Below, in pieces: positions 28,549-39,595 of a stretch of DNA of 64,000 nt. Numbering within the stretch: position 1 is the first letter of the stretch; the number at the start of each line of letters is the position of its first letter. The stretch lies in IMG/VR virus record IMGVR_UViG_3300005758_000005, positions 1 through 64,000 of that record; one strand, 5' to 3'. Both the position numbers and the translations under genes were made by a program. The notes under the pieces are model-generated. The model had not been told where the DNA came from and ran no database searches. It saw only the letters and a list, made by a program, of their open reading frames with translations. Source of the stretch: an uncultured virus (IMG/VR IMGVR_UViG_3300005758_000005). Lineage: Duplodnaviria > Heunggongvirae > Uroviricota > Caudoviricetes.

Positions 28549-29326
28549 AATCTATGTTTATGCCATTATTTCTTAAAAAAATTATAAATTTTTCTTTATC
28601 ATATTTACAGTTTTTGCGAGCATTTTCATTCCTATCTAAGGGCTGTAAATTATCTAAGCTATTAATTAACCAAGCATTTTCTAAAGACAATAAACCAAAA
28701 TCATCAAACGCTTTTACTGGAAAAATATGATCTATTGATAAATTATTATTTTTAGAAGCTTCTTCATAGTTTTTATGATTTACTATATGATTGTATAGCT
28801 CTTCAACTGTATATTTTTGTAAAATAACAATATTTTTTTCTCTACCTATTTGCAATCTATCAGTAAGTCTTTTTAAATTTGCTCTTAAAAATTTACCTAT
28901 TTTCTGTTTCTCTTTTAAAAGGTCTCTATCAGGATTTTTGGATCTGTTTTTATCTGCAGAAATGATATAACCACATTCCCTGCATCTGTGTCCTTTTAAC
29001 CAATGAGTTAAATAAATATTGCAATTATGTCCTTTAGGACATAGACATTTTAAAGCAGTTTTTACATTTATAAAAATATCATCTAATATTTGATATCCTT
29101 CTTGTTCAAGTATTTTTTTTACTTTTTCAAAGGTATAATTTTTTTCTTTGTAACAAATTCCACATCTTCTATTTCTTTTAAAACCATCATATGTTATTGA
29201 AGAATTATGATTGTTGGGGCAAATAAAGTCTACATAATGTTTATTATTTTTCTTATAAATATTTAGAACTGTGTAATTTTCTTTTGTAAAAATAGATATT
29301 AAATTTTCTTCATTTAATCTAGACAT
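28547..29326 (-). CDS. Free-standing HNH homing endonuclease with zinc-ribbon repeats
   Basis: Two CPxxH...RCxxC repeats; SIDHIFP...INSLDNLQPL...NARK HNH core; very AT-rich; directly downstream of nrdA. Confidence 0.85.
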   Translation of the reverse strand: MSRLNEENLISIFTKENYTVLNIYKKNNKHYVDFICPNNHNSSITYDGFKRNRRCGICYKEKNYTFEKVKKILEQEGYQILDDIFINVKTALKCLCPKGHNCNIYLTHWLKGHRCRECGYIISADKNRSKNPDRDLLKEKQKIGKFLRANLKRLTDRLQIGREKNIVILQKYTVEELYNHIVNHKNYEEASKNNNLSIDHIFPVKAFDDFGLLSLENAWLINSLDNLQPLDRNENARKNCKYDKEKFIIFLRNNGINID

Positions 29327-29336
29327 AATTTAAAAT

Positions 29337-29368
29337 ACTTAAAGAGGGGATTTCTCCCCTCTTTAAGT
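29337..29368 (-). terminator. Rho-independent terminator after nrdA (GAAA loop)
   Basis: ACTTAAAGAGGGGA-tttc-TCCCCTCTTTAAGT. Confidence 0.8.
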
Positions 29369-31809
29369 TAACTACCACATGAAAGGCAGTCTGGATTATC
29401 TAATGAACAGACCTTGCCAGCAAACTCTTCTGGGTCAAATTCAACAATAGGTTCTTCCTGTTGAGGTTTTGGACTTGGGGTATTTTGAATTGAAGATAAA
29501 TCAACACCAAGCCCCTTCAGAGCAGTAGTTTTTGACTTAGTTCTCAAGTAATACATCCCAGTTTTTAGACCTTGCTTCCATCCGTAAAAGTGTGCAGAAG
29601 AAAGCTTTGAATGTGAAGGTTCTGACATGAATAGATTGAACGATTGAGATTGATCGATAAAATATCCACGATCTCTTGACATATCAATTAATGTCTTGCC
29701 CTTCATCTCCCAAACAGTCTTATAAAGCTCCTTAATTTCTGTTGGAATTTCAGGAATATTTTGAACCGATCCACTCTCAGCAATCAATCTAAGGCGAATA
29801 TTATCATTCCAAAGTCCTAAATTATATAGATCATCAACAAGATGTTTATTAATAACAACATACTCACCACTTAAAGTATTTCTCTTGTAGATTAAAGCAG
29901 TGAATGGTTCGAATGCTTCATTGTTTCCAAGAATTTGAGCAGTAGAAGCAGTAGGCATTGGTGCTACTAACAAAGAGTTCCTGAGGCCATCTTGCTTAAT
30001 CTTTTCCTTGAGTTGTTGGAAATTCCATCTACCAGACAAATCTGATTCTGTAAGTCCCCAGAGATTGTACTGAAGAATTCCTTCTGATGCTGGTGACCCT
30101 TGAAATGAAGAGTAGGTTCCATGAATCTTGGCCAAATCATTAGAAGCTGTAAGGGCTGCAAAATAGATAGTTTCAAAAATATCCTTGTTGAGTTTTTGTG
30201 CTTCTTCTGATTCAAAAGGTAGACCCATCATGACGAAGGTATCTGCCAACCCTTGAACACCTAATCCAATAGGTCGATGACGATTATTAGATGTTGAAGT
30301 TTCTGTAGTAGGGTAATAATTGATATCAATTACTCTGTTGAGGTTGACTGTTGCTTGATATGTAACATCATAAAGCTTTTGAAAATCATACTTACGAAGC
30401 TTCTTATCCTTCTCACGTACCTTACCTGATGGAATTGATACAAATTTAGGAAGAGCAATAGATGCTAGATTACATACAGCAGTCTCTTCTTTACTGCTTT
30501 TTTCAATGATTTCACAGCATAAATTGCTACTATAAATTGTGCCCAGATTCTTTTGATTGCTCTTATAATTACATGCATCCTTATAGAGCATGTATGGGGT
30601 TCCAGTCTCAACTTGTGAATCAAGAATCTTTTCCCACAATTCACGAGCCTTAACTGTTTTAGTAGCTTGTCCTTCAGCTTCATACTTTTCATATAATTCT
30701 GTAAACGCCTTATGATCAGGAGTGTCATATGCATCTACAAGACCTGGAACTTCATTAGGTGAAAAAAGTGACCAAACGCCATCTTCTTCAACACGCTTCA
30801 TGAACAAATCTGGAATCCACAGAGCAAGGAATAAATCTCTTGCACGGAGCTCTTCTTTACCATTGTTCTTGCGAAGGTCAAGGAAATCAAAAATATCACC
30901 ATGCCAAGGCTCAAGATACACAGCAATAGAACCTTTTCTACGTCCTCCACCCTGATCAACATATCTTGCAGTCTCGTTGAATACCTTGAGCATAGGAATA
31001 ATTCCATTGGAAGTTCCATTAGTGCCCTTGATGTAGCTACCCTTGGCACGAACCTTATGGATATTCAATCCGATACCGCCAGCATTTTGAGAGATATGAG
31101 CACAATCGGAAAGAGTCTTGTAAATACCCTCAATAGAATCTTCAATATCGAGCAAGAAGCATGAGGATAATTGTGGCTTGTTTGTACCAGCATTGAAGAG
31201 AGTTGGAGTAGCATGTGTGAATAATCCTTGAGACATCATTTCATATGTCTTCTGAACCATCTCAATATTGTCACCCCAAATTCCAACACTAACTCTCATG
31301 TACATTTGTTGAGGAGTTTCTGCCGGTAAACCATTGATTTTAAGGAGATATGCTCGTTCAAGAGTCTTATATCCAAAATAATCAATATTAAAATCTCTAT
31401 CATGAACAATCATAGCATTCAGTTCTGTTGAATTGTTTTTAATTGTTTCATATACAGAATCAGAAATCATACCGGAAGGCTCACCAGTACGAGGATTGAT
31501 ATAACTATAAAGACTATCGATTACAGTTGAAAAATCCTTAGGTACTCTCTTGTATAGTGCAGTGATTCCAAGTCTAGCTGCAAGAGTTGAATAATCTGGA
31601 TGTACTGGAATTAGTGCTGCAGCAGTTTCTGCTGAAAGCTTATCTAATTCTTCAGATGTTACTCCATCATAAATTCCAGAAATAACCTTACGAGCTACTT
31701 CATCTGAATCCACAAGTTCACTTAGTCCATAAGTTTGCTTCTTAATTCTTGAAGAAATCTTGTCAAATCTTACTGGCTCTTTACTGCCATCTCTTTTAAT
31801 TACATCCAT
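29368..31809 (-). CDS. nrdA: Ribonucleoside-diphosphate reductase class Ia alpha subunit with ATP cone
   Basis: VIKRDG ATP cone, [51 protein letters not shown]-terminal CLSCGS. Confidence 0.97.
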   Translation of the reverse strand: MDVIKRDGSKEPVRFDKISSRIKKQTYGLSELVDSDEVARKVISGIYDGVTSEELDKLSAETAAALIPVHPDYSTLAARLGITALYKRVPKDFSTVIDSLYSYINPRTGEPSGMISDSVYETIKNNSTELNAMIVHDRDFNIDYFGYKTLERAYLLKINGLPAETPQQMYMRVSVGIWGDNIEMVQKTYEMMSQGLFTHATPTLFNAGTNKPQLSSCFLLDIEDSIEGIYKTLSDCAHISQNAGGIGLNIHKVRAKGSYIKGTNGTSNGIIPMLKVFNETARYVDQGGGRRKGSIAVYLEPWHGDIFDFLDLRKNNGKEELRARDLFLALWIPDLFMKRVEEDGVWSLFSPNEVPGLVDAYDTPDHKAFTELYEKYEAEGQATKTVKARELWEKILDSQVETGTPYMLYKDACNYKSNQKNLGTIYSSNLCCEIIEKSSKEETAVCNLASIALPKFVSIPSGKVREKDKKLRKYDFQKLYDVTYQATVNLNRVIDINYYPTTETSTSNNRHRPIGLGVQGLADTFVMMGLPFESEEAQKLNKDIFETIYFAALTASNDLAKIHGTYSSFQGSPASEGILQYNLWGLTESDLSGRWNFQQLKEKIKQDGLRNSLLVAPMPTASTAQILGNNEAFEPFTALIYKRNTLSGEYVVINKHLVDDLYNLGLWNDNIRLRLIAESGSVQNIPEIPTEIKELYKTVWEMKGKTLIDMSRDRGYFIDQSQSFNLFMSEPSHSKLSSAHFYGWKQGLKTGMYYLRTKSKTTALKGLGVDLSSIQNTPSPKPQQEEPIVEFDPEEFAGKVCSLDNPDCLSCGS

Positions 31810-31811
31810 AT

Positions 31812-32777
31812 TTAAAAATCCTCATCTGTACTAAAACCCTTGTTACCCTTGTCAAAGGTTCCACTTTTGTTATATTCTGCTACACGCTTCTCGAAAAAGT
31901 TTGTCTTGTTATCTAAGGCAATATTTGTCATGAAGTCAAACGGGTTCTCTGTGTTGTATACTTTACCAATCTTTAGGTCTACAAGCAATCTATCAGTAAC
32001 ATATTCAAGATATTGTTTCATAAGATCTGAGTTCATTCCAATCAAAGATACTGGTAAAGCGTCAGTGATAAATTCCTTCTCGATTTCTAGAGCAGATTGT
32101 AAAATTTCAATTACTCTTTCTCGTGGGAGTTTATTTTCAATATGATTGTTATATAGATGAACTGCAAAATCTGTATGCAAACCTTCATCACGAGAAATAA
32201 GTTCGTTTGAGAATGAAAGTCCTGGCATCAATCCACGCTTCTTGAGCCAGAAAATTGAACAGAATGATCCAGAAAAGAAAATTCCCTCAACGGCAGCGAA
32301 AGCAATTAAACGCTCACAAAAAGAACCAGAGGTAATCCAGCGCAATGCCCATTCTGCCTTCTTCTTGACCACAGGGACAGTTTCAATAGCTCTGAAGAGG
32401 TAATCTTGCTCAGCCTTATCAGTGATATAAGCATTGATCAAAAGGCTATACATTTGACTATGAATATTCTCCATCATAATCTGAAAGCCATAAAAATGCT
32501 TTGCTTCTGGATACTGAACTTCCTTTACAAAATTCTCAGCAAGGTTTTCATTTACAATGCCATCAGAAGCTGCAAAAAATGCTAATACATGCTTAATAAA
32601 GTGCTTCTCATTTTCACTGAGTTTAGTTTCCCAGTCAGTCTTATCTGGATATAAATCTACTTCCTTTGTAGTCCAGAACGTTGCTTCCGCCTTCTCATAA
32701 AATTCAAAGATATCTTGAATCACTTCATCTGGTCGGAATACAAATCGATTGTTGTTTTCTTCTAATATTTTTTCCAT
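31812..32777 (-). CDS. nrdB: Ribonucleotide reductase class Ia beta subunit
   Basis: [46 protein letters not shown]. Confidence 0.97.
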   Translation of the reverse strand: MEKILEENNNRFVFRPDEVIQDIFEFYEKAEATFWTTKEVDLYPDKTDWETKLSENEKHFIKHVLAFFAASDGIVNENLAENFVKEVQYPEAKHFYGFQIMMENIHSQMYSLLINAYITDKAEQDYLFRAIETVPVVKKKAEWALRWITSGSFCERLIAFAAVEGIFFSGSFCSIFWLKKRGLMPGLSFSNELISRDEGLHTDFAVHLYNNHIENKLPRERVIEILQSALEIEKEFITDALPVSLIGMNSDLMKQYLEYVTDRLLVDLKIGKVYNTENPFDFMTNIALDNKTNFFEKRVAEYNKSGTFDKGNKGFSTDEDF

Positions 32778-32846
32778 TTAACTATCACCCTTAGGCCTCT
32801 CTATATTACCCGGTACTATATATTCACGCACGAAATTTCGACAAAA

Positions 32847-32870
32847 AAACCAACTTTAAATAGTTGGTTT
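32847..32870 (-). terminator. Rho-independent terminator
   Basis: AAACCAACT-ttaaat-AGTTGGTTT with a U-run on the minus strand. Confidence 0.65.
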
Positions 32871-32908
32871 AGATGTTATTGAAAATAATTGTTAATTATT
32901 AACAATTA

Positions 32909-33373
32909 TTATGTCATAAGATTATCAGGTATGATAACTCTTAATTTTTTTATAAGGTTGTGTACATCAGAATGCAAATCATTATCTTTTATATAATTTA
33001 CAACCCTTGAATATGCTTCTCTGTAATCAATATTTAAATCATCGCCTACGAAAAAAGCAGTTTTTACTAATGCACAATGAACTAAATGATTTGCTTCTTC
33101 ATTATTTTCAACAAGTAAAATAGAGTCATCTTCATCATTTGTGTCAACCTTCATTTTTGTATTTTCAAAGGCAAGAGACATTCTCAAAAGATCTCTCCAA
33201 GGGGTACTTGTTCTGATATTTTTATTCTGCAAGACACTGGGTAATTCCTTAGAATTTAAGGTCTTCATCGCAGTATAAACAGGCTGATTCTTATTGATAA
33301 CAGCTGATACTACCTTTTGTTTCCTACTGCGCCATAATTCAAATTTTTGATTCATTTTAATATTATCTGACAT
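32909..33373 (-). CDS. Hypothetical protein
   Basis: 154-aa ORF within the operon. Confidence 0.6.
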   Translation of the reverse strand: MSDNIKMNQKFELWRSRKQKVVSAVINKNQPVYTAMKTLNSKELPSVLQNKNIRTSTPWRDLLRMSLAFENTKMKVDTNDEDDSILLVENNEEANHLVHCALVKTAFFVGDDLNIDYREAYSRVVNYIKDNDLHSDVHNLIKKLRVIIPDNLMT

Positions 33374-33386
33374 TTATTGATACCTA

Positions 33387-33755
33387 TTACAGAGCTGCCT
33401 TGATGTCAATTGCAAAAATTCTTGTGCAAACACCCTTAGTTCGCTTGCCATTAATTTCAGCAAAGTATTCAGATTGTCTATTCACAAGAACAGATCCATT
33501 AGTAAGAGATTCAACTTCTCTTGAGGCTAATCTAAATGCATTCATGGTTGCATTCAAGGCTGTTGGGCCTACAGAAAGAATTTTAACGTAATCATGTTCC
33601 TTTAAAACATGCAGAATACTCCTTGATAGGCCTACTGGATCTGTAGGCCTTCTGCTACCATCGGGGTCATTAGGATCTCCACCACGTACTCTTAAAATTC
33701 TAGGATCCTTTTGATTCTTAATCTTATCATTATCTACATCATAAATATCGTTCAT
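33387..33755 (-). CDS. spoVS: SpoVS family protein
   Basis: ILRV...TDPVGLSRSILHVLKEHDYVKILSVGPTALNATMNAFRLA...AEINGKRTKGV aligns by eye with SpoVS (LKVS...PNSVAGA...EIQAIGAGALNQAVKA...IDGEERTAI). Confidence 0.75.
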   Translation of the reverse strand: MNDIYDVDNDKIKNQKDPRILRVRGGDPNDPDGSRRPTDPVGLSRSILHVLKEHDYVKILSVGPTALNATMNAFRLASREVESLTNGSVLVNRQSEYFAEINGKRTKGVCTRIFAIDIKAAL

Positions 33756-33758
33756 TTT

Positions 33759-34727
33759 TTAAACTTCCAACCCTAAAAGGGACATTTTATTTTTAAGAGA
33801 ATTTAAAGCAGTATTAAATTCATCGATCGTACATCTATATACACTAGCATTAAACACAATTTTCTTTTTGCCAGAAAGTGCATTGCTAATAATCTTTTCT
33901 TCTAACAAACTAAGATTCATATTAACTAAGTCATTGATTTTATTTGAGTCCTCAATTCGATCATACGTACAATTTTCATCTCCCTCATTGTCATCTTGGT
34001 TATAAACACTCATTAATCTAGGGGATACTGTTTGATATCCTGGATACATTTCGTTGAATTTTTGAAATAATAGAGTTGAATGCTTTGATAATAAGTGCTT
34101 TTTAATTGCTTCTTTAAGTGCATTCTTTTTGCAAATTTCACAATCTTCATTGACTGTTTCACAAGTGCATTCGATAGTACGTGGAGTTTTAAAGCTTTTA
34201 CAAAATGGACAGTGTGCCAAAGTTTCTAAATCAAATCCAGAATTATTCATATGATCCCACAAGATATCACTGTGACATTTTCTCAAGTGAGTAGAAAGAG
34301 GAGAAACAAATTTATCACAAATTGGACATTTACATGATGGATTTCTTTTAGCTGCATTATCTGCTTTTACCAAATTGATATAGTTATGATGTAAAGCTCC
34401 AATAAAATAATTCTTAAATTCTCCACTTCCACCGTATCTGGACACTTTTCTTAGATTTCTTGGCTGCCAATTAGAAAGTACATTACAAAAAATCTTCATA
34501 TATTCAATCGAAAAATCATCATAAGAGTCATATAGATAATAATATTGATTGTACCATTCTTGAATATGTAAATTTGGTGGATAAATAGCACAAATCTTAT
34601 TATAATACAAATCAATTGCTCTTTGATTATTTGTTTCAAGGGCTTTTTGATATCTTATAATTGCATCTTCTAACTGTGTCTGATATTCTTTAGACTTCTT
34701 ATCAACTTTGGGTGTTACTACTGACAT
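33759..34727 (-). CDS. Sigma-factor-like protein with inserted zinc fingers
   Basis: GEFKNYFIGALHHNYINLVK resembles sigma region 2; then CPICxxxxxxLSTHLRKCH, CPFC, CxC, CEIC...HLLSKH; degenerate helical C-terminus. Confidence 0.45.
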   Translation of the reverse strand: MSVVTPKVDKKSKEYQTQLEDAIIRYQKALETNNQRAIDLYYNKICAIYPPNLHIQEWYNQYYYLYDSYDDFSIEYMKIFCNVLSNWQPRNLRKVSRYGGSGEFKNYFIGALHHNYINLVKADNAAKRNPSCKCPICDKFVSPLSTHLRKCHSDILWDHMNNSGFDLETLAHCPFCKSFKTPRTIECTCETVNEDCEICKKNALKEAIKKHLLSKHSTLLFQKFNEMYPGYQTVSPRLMSVYNQDDNEGDENCTYDRIEDSNKINDLVNMNLSLLEEKIISNALSGKKKIVFNASVYRCTIDEFNTALNSLKNKMSLLGLEV

Positions 34728-34785
34728 AATTTTTTAATTTCAAATCTTTCGATCTGAAACTATTTTGCCATAATTATTTAAAAAG

Positions 34786-36579
34786 TCAAGCTGTTTTAGA
34801 TGGTTTGATGTCTTCTATGATAAGAGATATGTTTTTCCTACCATAAAATGAATCTTCAGACAATGTAAAAGCGACATCATAGAAATTTCCCTCAATAAAT
34901 GTATCAAATAAATATCCTTTGCGCCACCCATTTGCATCAATAGTATTAGTTGATGATTTACTTGAGAATTTTAATTTAAGATGTTTATCATTTGACATAG
35001 TGCTTTTCTTGACTAACTTAAGATTAGAAATTGAAAATACAGGATTTAAGTTCATGGAGCCAAATGGAGAAAGTTTTGTTAATTCTTCATAAGTAAAACT
35101 AGAAACATCACTGAAACTCATTTTAGAATCAATCAAAATCACTTTATCTTCAAAAGAAACTCCAGGTTGATTTTTAGCATACTCATCTAAAGCTTTTTGA
35201 AGTGGCTTTAAATTATCTTTATGTAACTCAAATCCTGCAGCAAAAGCATGACCTCCGCAAACAGTAGAACCATCAGCACGTTTCTTAAATAACGCCCAAG
35301 CCTTTTCAGATTTTAGAGCATCAAGAATATTAAAATCCCTTACTGAACGACAAGAACCTTTTGCATATCCATCATCTTTTATCGTGCAGCATAAAGTTGG
35401 CTTGTTAAATTTTTCAGCAATCTTTCCAGCAATCAACCCAATTAAACCAGCATGCCAAGATTTAGACCAAACAACAAGAATATTCGTATTATCTAAATCG
35501 TAATTATTCAATACAAAATTAATAGCATCTTCTGTAGCTTTTTCCTGATCAGTTTGTCGTTTCTTATTAGCATGGTCAAGTTGAGTAGCCAAGAAATTTG
35601 CTCTAACTTCATTCTTTTCCAATAATAAATCTAAAGCTGTTCCAGAATCCGCAAGTCTTCCTATAGCATTAATTCTTGGACCAATTTGAAAGCCAATAGT
35701 AGTTGTATTTACTTCTTTAGCACCAGCAACTTTTAATAAGGCTTTAACACCGGGCTTATTAGAATTTGAAAGTTTATCGCAGCCTAGATGAACTAAGATT
35801 CTATTCTCGTCAATCATAGGAGCAACATCAGCAACAGTACCTAGAGCAACATATTCAATATTCTCCTCTACCATAGTTTTGATTGAAAATTTCCTAGAAT
35901 GCGCAAGGGCTAACATTACCTTAAAAGCAATGCCAACACCAGCTAAAGCATCAAAAGGATATCGCTTAAAGTCTTTGTTAGATTCATTAGAAAAAATATG
36001 CCCAGGATAATGTGGATCATCTCTATTTGGATTAATGACAGCCAAACTACAAGGCAAGCTTCCATCTTCCGAGGGGTGGTGGTGATCTGTGATAATCAAA
36101 TCTAGACCCTTTTGTTTCGCATATTCAGCAGTTTCAAAAGCAACAATCCCACAGTCAACAGATAGCATTAGGGTAGCATTACGTTTTATTGCTTCATCTA
36201 CAGAATGCATTTTAATATCGTAACCATCTTCCATTCTGTGTGGAACTTTGTATTCGATGTTAGCACCAAGAAGATTTAGAGATGTGACAATAACAGCAGT
36301 CGCAGTAACGCCATCAACATCATAATCACCCCAGACAAAAATCTTTTCATTATTATCAATTGCTCTATTTAATCTATCAACTGCAATTCTGATGTCAGGC
36401 AAAAGAAAAGGATTGTGCATTTTTTTAATATTGACATCGAAATATTCATGAGCATCTTCTGGAGTATGAATATTTCTAGATGCCATGATGTTAGCTACAG
36501 GCAAAGGAATCTCAAGTTCATCAGCCAAATTTGAGGCTATTTCTTTATCAAAATCAATATATTTCCAAACAGTATTCAT
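34786..36579 (-). CDS. recJ: Single-stranded DNA exonuclease RecJ
   Basis: GDYDVDG, SVDCGI, ITDHH, LGTVADV, GPRINAIGRL, GSCRS, GGHAFAAG. Confidence 0.96.
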   Translation of the reverse strand: MNTVWKYIDFDKEIASNLADELEIPLPVANIMASRNIHTPEDAHEYFDVNIKKMHNPFLLPDIRIAVDRLNRAIDNNEKIFVWGDYDVDGVTATAVIVTSLNLLGANIEYKVPHRMEDGYDIKMHSVDEAIKRNATLMLSVDCGIVAFETAEYAKQKGLDLIITDHHHPSEDGSLPCSLAVINPNRDDPHYPGHIFSNESNKDFKRYPFDALAGVGIAFKVMLALAHSRKFSIKTMVEENIEYVALGTVADVAPMIDENRILVHLGCDKLSNSNKPGVKALLKVAGAKEVNTTTIGFQIGPRINAIGRLADSGTALDLLLEKNEVRANFLATQLDHANKKRQTDQEKATEDAINFVLNNYDLDNTNILVVWSKSWHAGLIGLIAGKIAEKFNKPTLCCTIKDDGYAKGSCRSVRDFNILDALKSEKAWALFKKRADGSTVCGGHAFAAGFELHKDNLKPLQKALDEYAKNQPGVSFEDKVILIDSKMSFSDVSSFTYEELTKLSPFGSMNLNPVFSISNLKLVKKSTMSNDKHLKLKFSSKSSTNTIDANGWRKGYLFDTFIEGNFYDVAFTLSEDSFYGRKNISLIIEDIKPSKTA

Positions 36580-36600
36580 ATCTTTATTCCTAAACCTAAA

Positions 36601-37350
36601 CTATGTAATTTTAACCTTTTTGTGGCCTTTTTCTAAACTATCAATTATCAAATTTTCAAGAAAGTCGCACCCATATTCAAGAGCAAATTCATCTGGATCA
36701 AGATTCTCTGGTAGCAGTATATTGCAGTAATTCATTTTATGCTCTTCAATTTTCTTGATTTGTTTTTCAGAAGACATTATTCCAGCTTGATCAGAATCTA
36801 GCATTAATACTATATTTCTTGTGTAACGATAAATAAGAGCTAAATGAACTTCTGATAAATTTGTTCCACAGACAGCAACTACATTGTCAATACCTAAAGA
36901 TGAAAGAATAATAGCGTCAAAATATCCTTCGACAACTACAACGTAATTTTTATTCTTTATTGAAGTTTTAGCATTATTAAGATTATATAGATGGTTTGAT
37001 TTAGAATAAGACTCATTTATCCATTTGCCTTTAAGCCATTTATTAACTCTATCTTCTTTCTTTTTTGGAGATAAATAAGGATCATTCCAAATTTCAGAAA
37101 TCATGGCTTCTTTAAGTGGGTCAAAATGTCTTCCAGCAAAAGCTACATGTCTGTTGTGACAATCTTTGATAGATAAAACAATTCGACCCTTAATAAGAGG
37201 AAACCAGTGTTCATCCTGAGGATTGCATACACCAAGGTTAAACTTATGGAATAATTCTTTTTTTATTCCCCTAGATATTAAGTATTCAATAGCTTCTTTA
37301 TTCATATCAAGATTGCTAGCAAATAGTTTATATTTATCTAAAATTTCCAT
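36601..37350 (-). CDS. dnaG: DNA primase catalytic core (TOPRIM), without zinc-binding domain
   Basis: YLISRGI, GRIV...AFAGR, KWINES, LYNL, VVEGYFDAI, CGT, LDSDQAG, LDPDE. Confidence 0.9.
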   Translation of the reverse strand: MEILDKYKLFASNLDMNKEAIEYLISRGIKKELFHKFNLGVCNPQDEHWFPLIKGRIVLSIKDCHNRHVAFAGRHFDPLKEAMISEIWNDPYLSPKKKEDRVNKWLKGKWINESYSKSNHLYNLNNAKTSIKNKNYVVVVEGYFDAIILSSLGIDNVVAVCGTNLSEVHLALIYRYTRNIVLMLDSDQAGIMSSEKQIKKIEEHKMNYCNILLPENLDPDEFALEYGCDFLENLIIDSLEKGHKKVKIT

Positions 37351-37365
37351 CTATATAAATAGAAA

Positions 37366-37385
37366 ATGCTCTCTTTCGAGAGCAT
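37366..37385 (-). terminator. Terminator after recA (GAAA loop)
   Basis: ATGCTCTC-tttc-GAGAGCAT followed by TTT on the minus strand. Confidence 0.65.
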
Positions 37386-37389
37386 CATC

Positions 37390-38556
37390 TTACTCCTCAG
37401 TCTGCTCTTCTTGCTCTGTAGGCCCTTCAAGCACGTCAGTAACAAGCTTTGCATAATTTGCCCCAGAGATTTTAATCCTACCACAAATGTACTCGAATAC
37501 GGTAGCAGAATTATCGTTTCTCGTCTTATTAGACGGGGCTGGTTGGTCCATCAAAGCTTCTAGGAATTCATACTTATCCTTAGATTCAATTACTTCTCCT
37601 GTATCAGGATGAACATAACTGAACTTCTTTCTGACTTCTTTGATATATTCGAAGCCCTTAGACTTTGCCTTGAAAATAAATTCATCAATAAGATTTGGTG
37701 CTTCATCATCTCCAAAGAGAATTCTAAACTCACAAGAGACTCCAGGTTGAGAGTATCGAGCTTTCTCTACTCTACAAACAGATTTGCCACCAATTACTTC
37801 ATCGACTCCATTTTCATCTTTACGAGTCACCTTACCAGCAGCTCCGTTAATTTTATTAATCCAGAGTCTTGCACTAGTGAAGTAACTCATAGCATTTCCA
37901 CCAGAGGCTTGCTTTACCATAGAACCTGGCATTGCTCCTGAACCCATATAGAGTTGATTGATAATAATTGCCAAAGTATCAGTGGCATTACATTCTGCAA
38001 CAAGTTTTTGGACAAAACGCTTTGTAAATCTTGCATGAGCTCCAATGGTAGCCACATCTTCAAGTGACTTATCATGTTCTACCGAAGGAATCATAGCTGT
38101 AATTGAGTCAATTACAATTACTCCTGCTTGACCACTATGAGCAATTTCAAGAGCAAGTTCACCATATAATTCAGCAGTTGCAACATTTTCAATCAGCAAT
38201 AAAGATTCAGTATCTACTCCGCACATTTTTGCTCTACGTGCCAAATATGAACCTTCTACATTTATAAAAACACATTGTTTTCCAAGCTTTTGTGCTTCTG
38301 CAATCACCTTATATGCTAACCAAGTTTTACCTGATTGAGTTTCTCCAGCAAATTCAACCACAATACCCTCAGGTAATCCCATTCCAGGAGCTAGAATTGC
38401 ATCAATTTCAGGCACTCCTGTTGGAATATAATTTGGTTCAACTGTTTCACCGCTTGAGAGAGCCTTTTCATTAATCTTAAGAGCCTTCATTTTAGAAGCA
38501 ATAAGATTCCTCAGGTCTTTGCCATTTGAATTATTATCTAATTTTACTTTTTCCAT
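37390..38556 (-). CDS. recA: RecA/UvsX-like recombinase
   Basis: IPTG...ID, GLPEG.VVEFAGETQSGKT, VIVIDSITAM, IIINQ, SGGNAMSYFTSARL. Confidence 0.92.
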   Translation of the reverse strand: MEKVKLDNNSNGKDLRNLIASKMKALKINEKALSSGETVEPNYIPTGVPEIDAILAPGMGLPEGIVVEFAGETQSGKTWLAYKVIAEAQKLGKQCVFINVEGSYLARRAKMCGVDTESLLLIENVATAELYGELALEIAHSGQAGVIVIDSITAMIPSVEHDKSLEDVATIGAHARFTKRFVQKLVAECNATDTLAIIINQLYMGSGAMPGSMVKQASGGNAMSYFTSARLWINKINGAAGKVTRKDENGVDEVIGGKSVCRVEKARYSQPGVSCEFRILFGDDEAPNLIDEFIFKAKSKGFEYIKEVRKKFSYVHPDTGEVIESKDKYEFLEALMDQPAPSNKTRNDNSATVFEYICGRIKISGANYAKLVTDVLEGPTEQEEQTEE

Positions 38557-38569
38557 AATGTTTAAATCA

Positions 38570-38593
38570 AATTAGCCCCCTAAGGGGCTAATT
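38570..38593 (-). terminator. Terminator after the ssb-like gene
   Basis: AATTAGCCCC-ctaa-GGGGCTAATT. Confidence 0.7.
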
Positions 38594-38594
38594 C

Positions 38595-39545
38595 TTAATC
38601 CCACTCCATCCCTTCGTCAGAAATAGAATCAGTTTCCTCAACAGGTTGAGGCTTAGGCTTTGCCACTGGTTTCTCAACAACAACTTCTTCGACAACCTTA
38701 GTTGGCTTAGATGCTTCTGAGTTATAAGGCTCACGAACTGGAGCAGGTTCAGTCATGACAGGTGTAAACTTAAACATCTTGTCAAGTTGATATCCCCATG
38801 CGAAATGCTCTTGCCACTCAGGAAGATAGGTGTTATGAGCACGATACTTATTGTACTCTGAACGGCGTTGAGCAACATCATCATCTGAAAGATTTGAAGC
38901 AGCCATCTTAAGTTCAGCCAGCATTTCCTGAGTAAGAGTCAAGTCCTTAGAATCAGCACTAACACTATATTCAATAGATTTTGGTCCAGTAAGACCTGTC
39001 TTACGAGCAGTGATGCGGAAGCATGGAGCACTATGACCACCTGCAAGGGTAGAAAAGTCTTCACGCTCATCCTCATCAAGTTCCATAGATTCATCATAAC
39101 GATTTACTTCCCACTCTGCAATTGGGCGAAAAACGCTCTTACCCTTAGTAAGGATTGCAAGTTCCCAAGTGCCATCTTCATTTCGGACGAAGCAGTTTTG
39201 TGCATACTTTTGAACGCCAACATATCCAAGCTTCTTCCATGGACACTGATTTGGGTCAGCGTGACCAATGCGAGTGATGCGATTGTTGAATTCAGCATCT
39301 GGAAATGGAGCTAGAACAGTCTTGCCCTTCTCGGAGCCATCATACTTATATGAACCGTACTCTACGAAAGAATATGGAAGGCCTACGAGGCGAACCTTAT
39401 GAGTAATCTTAGACTCAGAGGTCTTTGAAAGTGAGAAGTTTACGAACGTGGCCTTCTTGTAAGTACCACCATTTGACGAGTTGTTGTACGTTTGTTGAGT
39501 GCGCTCTCCGATGATGTCTCGGGCAGAGCTGAAAGTATACGACAT
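38595..39545 (-). CDS. Single-stranded DNA-binding protein (T4 gp32-like)
   Basis: HKVRLVG, CP, KYAQNCFVR, ILTKGKSVF, FRITARKTG...IEYSV; acidic/aromatic tail DSISDEGMEWD; directly upstream of recA; strong AGGAG SD. Confidence 0.7.
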   Translation of the reverse strand: MSYTFSSARDIIGERTQQTYNNSSNGGTYKKATFVNFSLSKTSESKITHKVRLVGLPYSFVEYGSYKYDGSEKGKTVLAPFPDAEFNNRITRIGHADPNQCPWKKLGYVGVQKYAQNCFVRNEDGTWELAILTKGKSVFRPIAEWEVNRYDESMELDEDEREDFSTLAGGHSAPCFRITARKTGLTGPKSIEYSVSADSKDLTLTQEMLAELKMAASNLSDDDVAQRRSEYNKYRAHNTYLPEWQEHFAWGYQLDKMFKFTPVMTEPAPVREPYNSEASKPTKVVEEVVVEKPVAKPKPQPVEETDSISDEGMEWD

Positions 39546-39595
39546 AATTTATTTTTCTCCTAATAATAAAAGCTAGGCTTTTTCACTAACGACTA

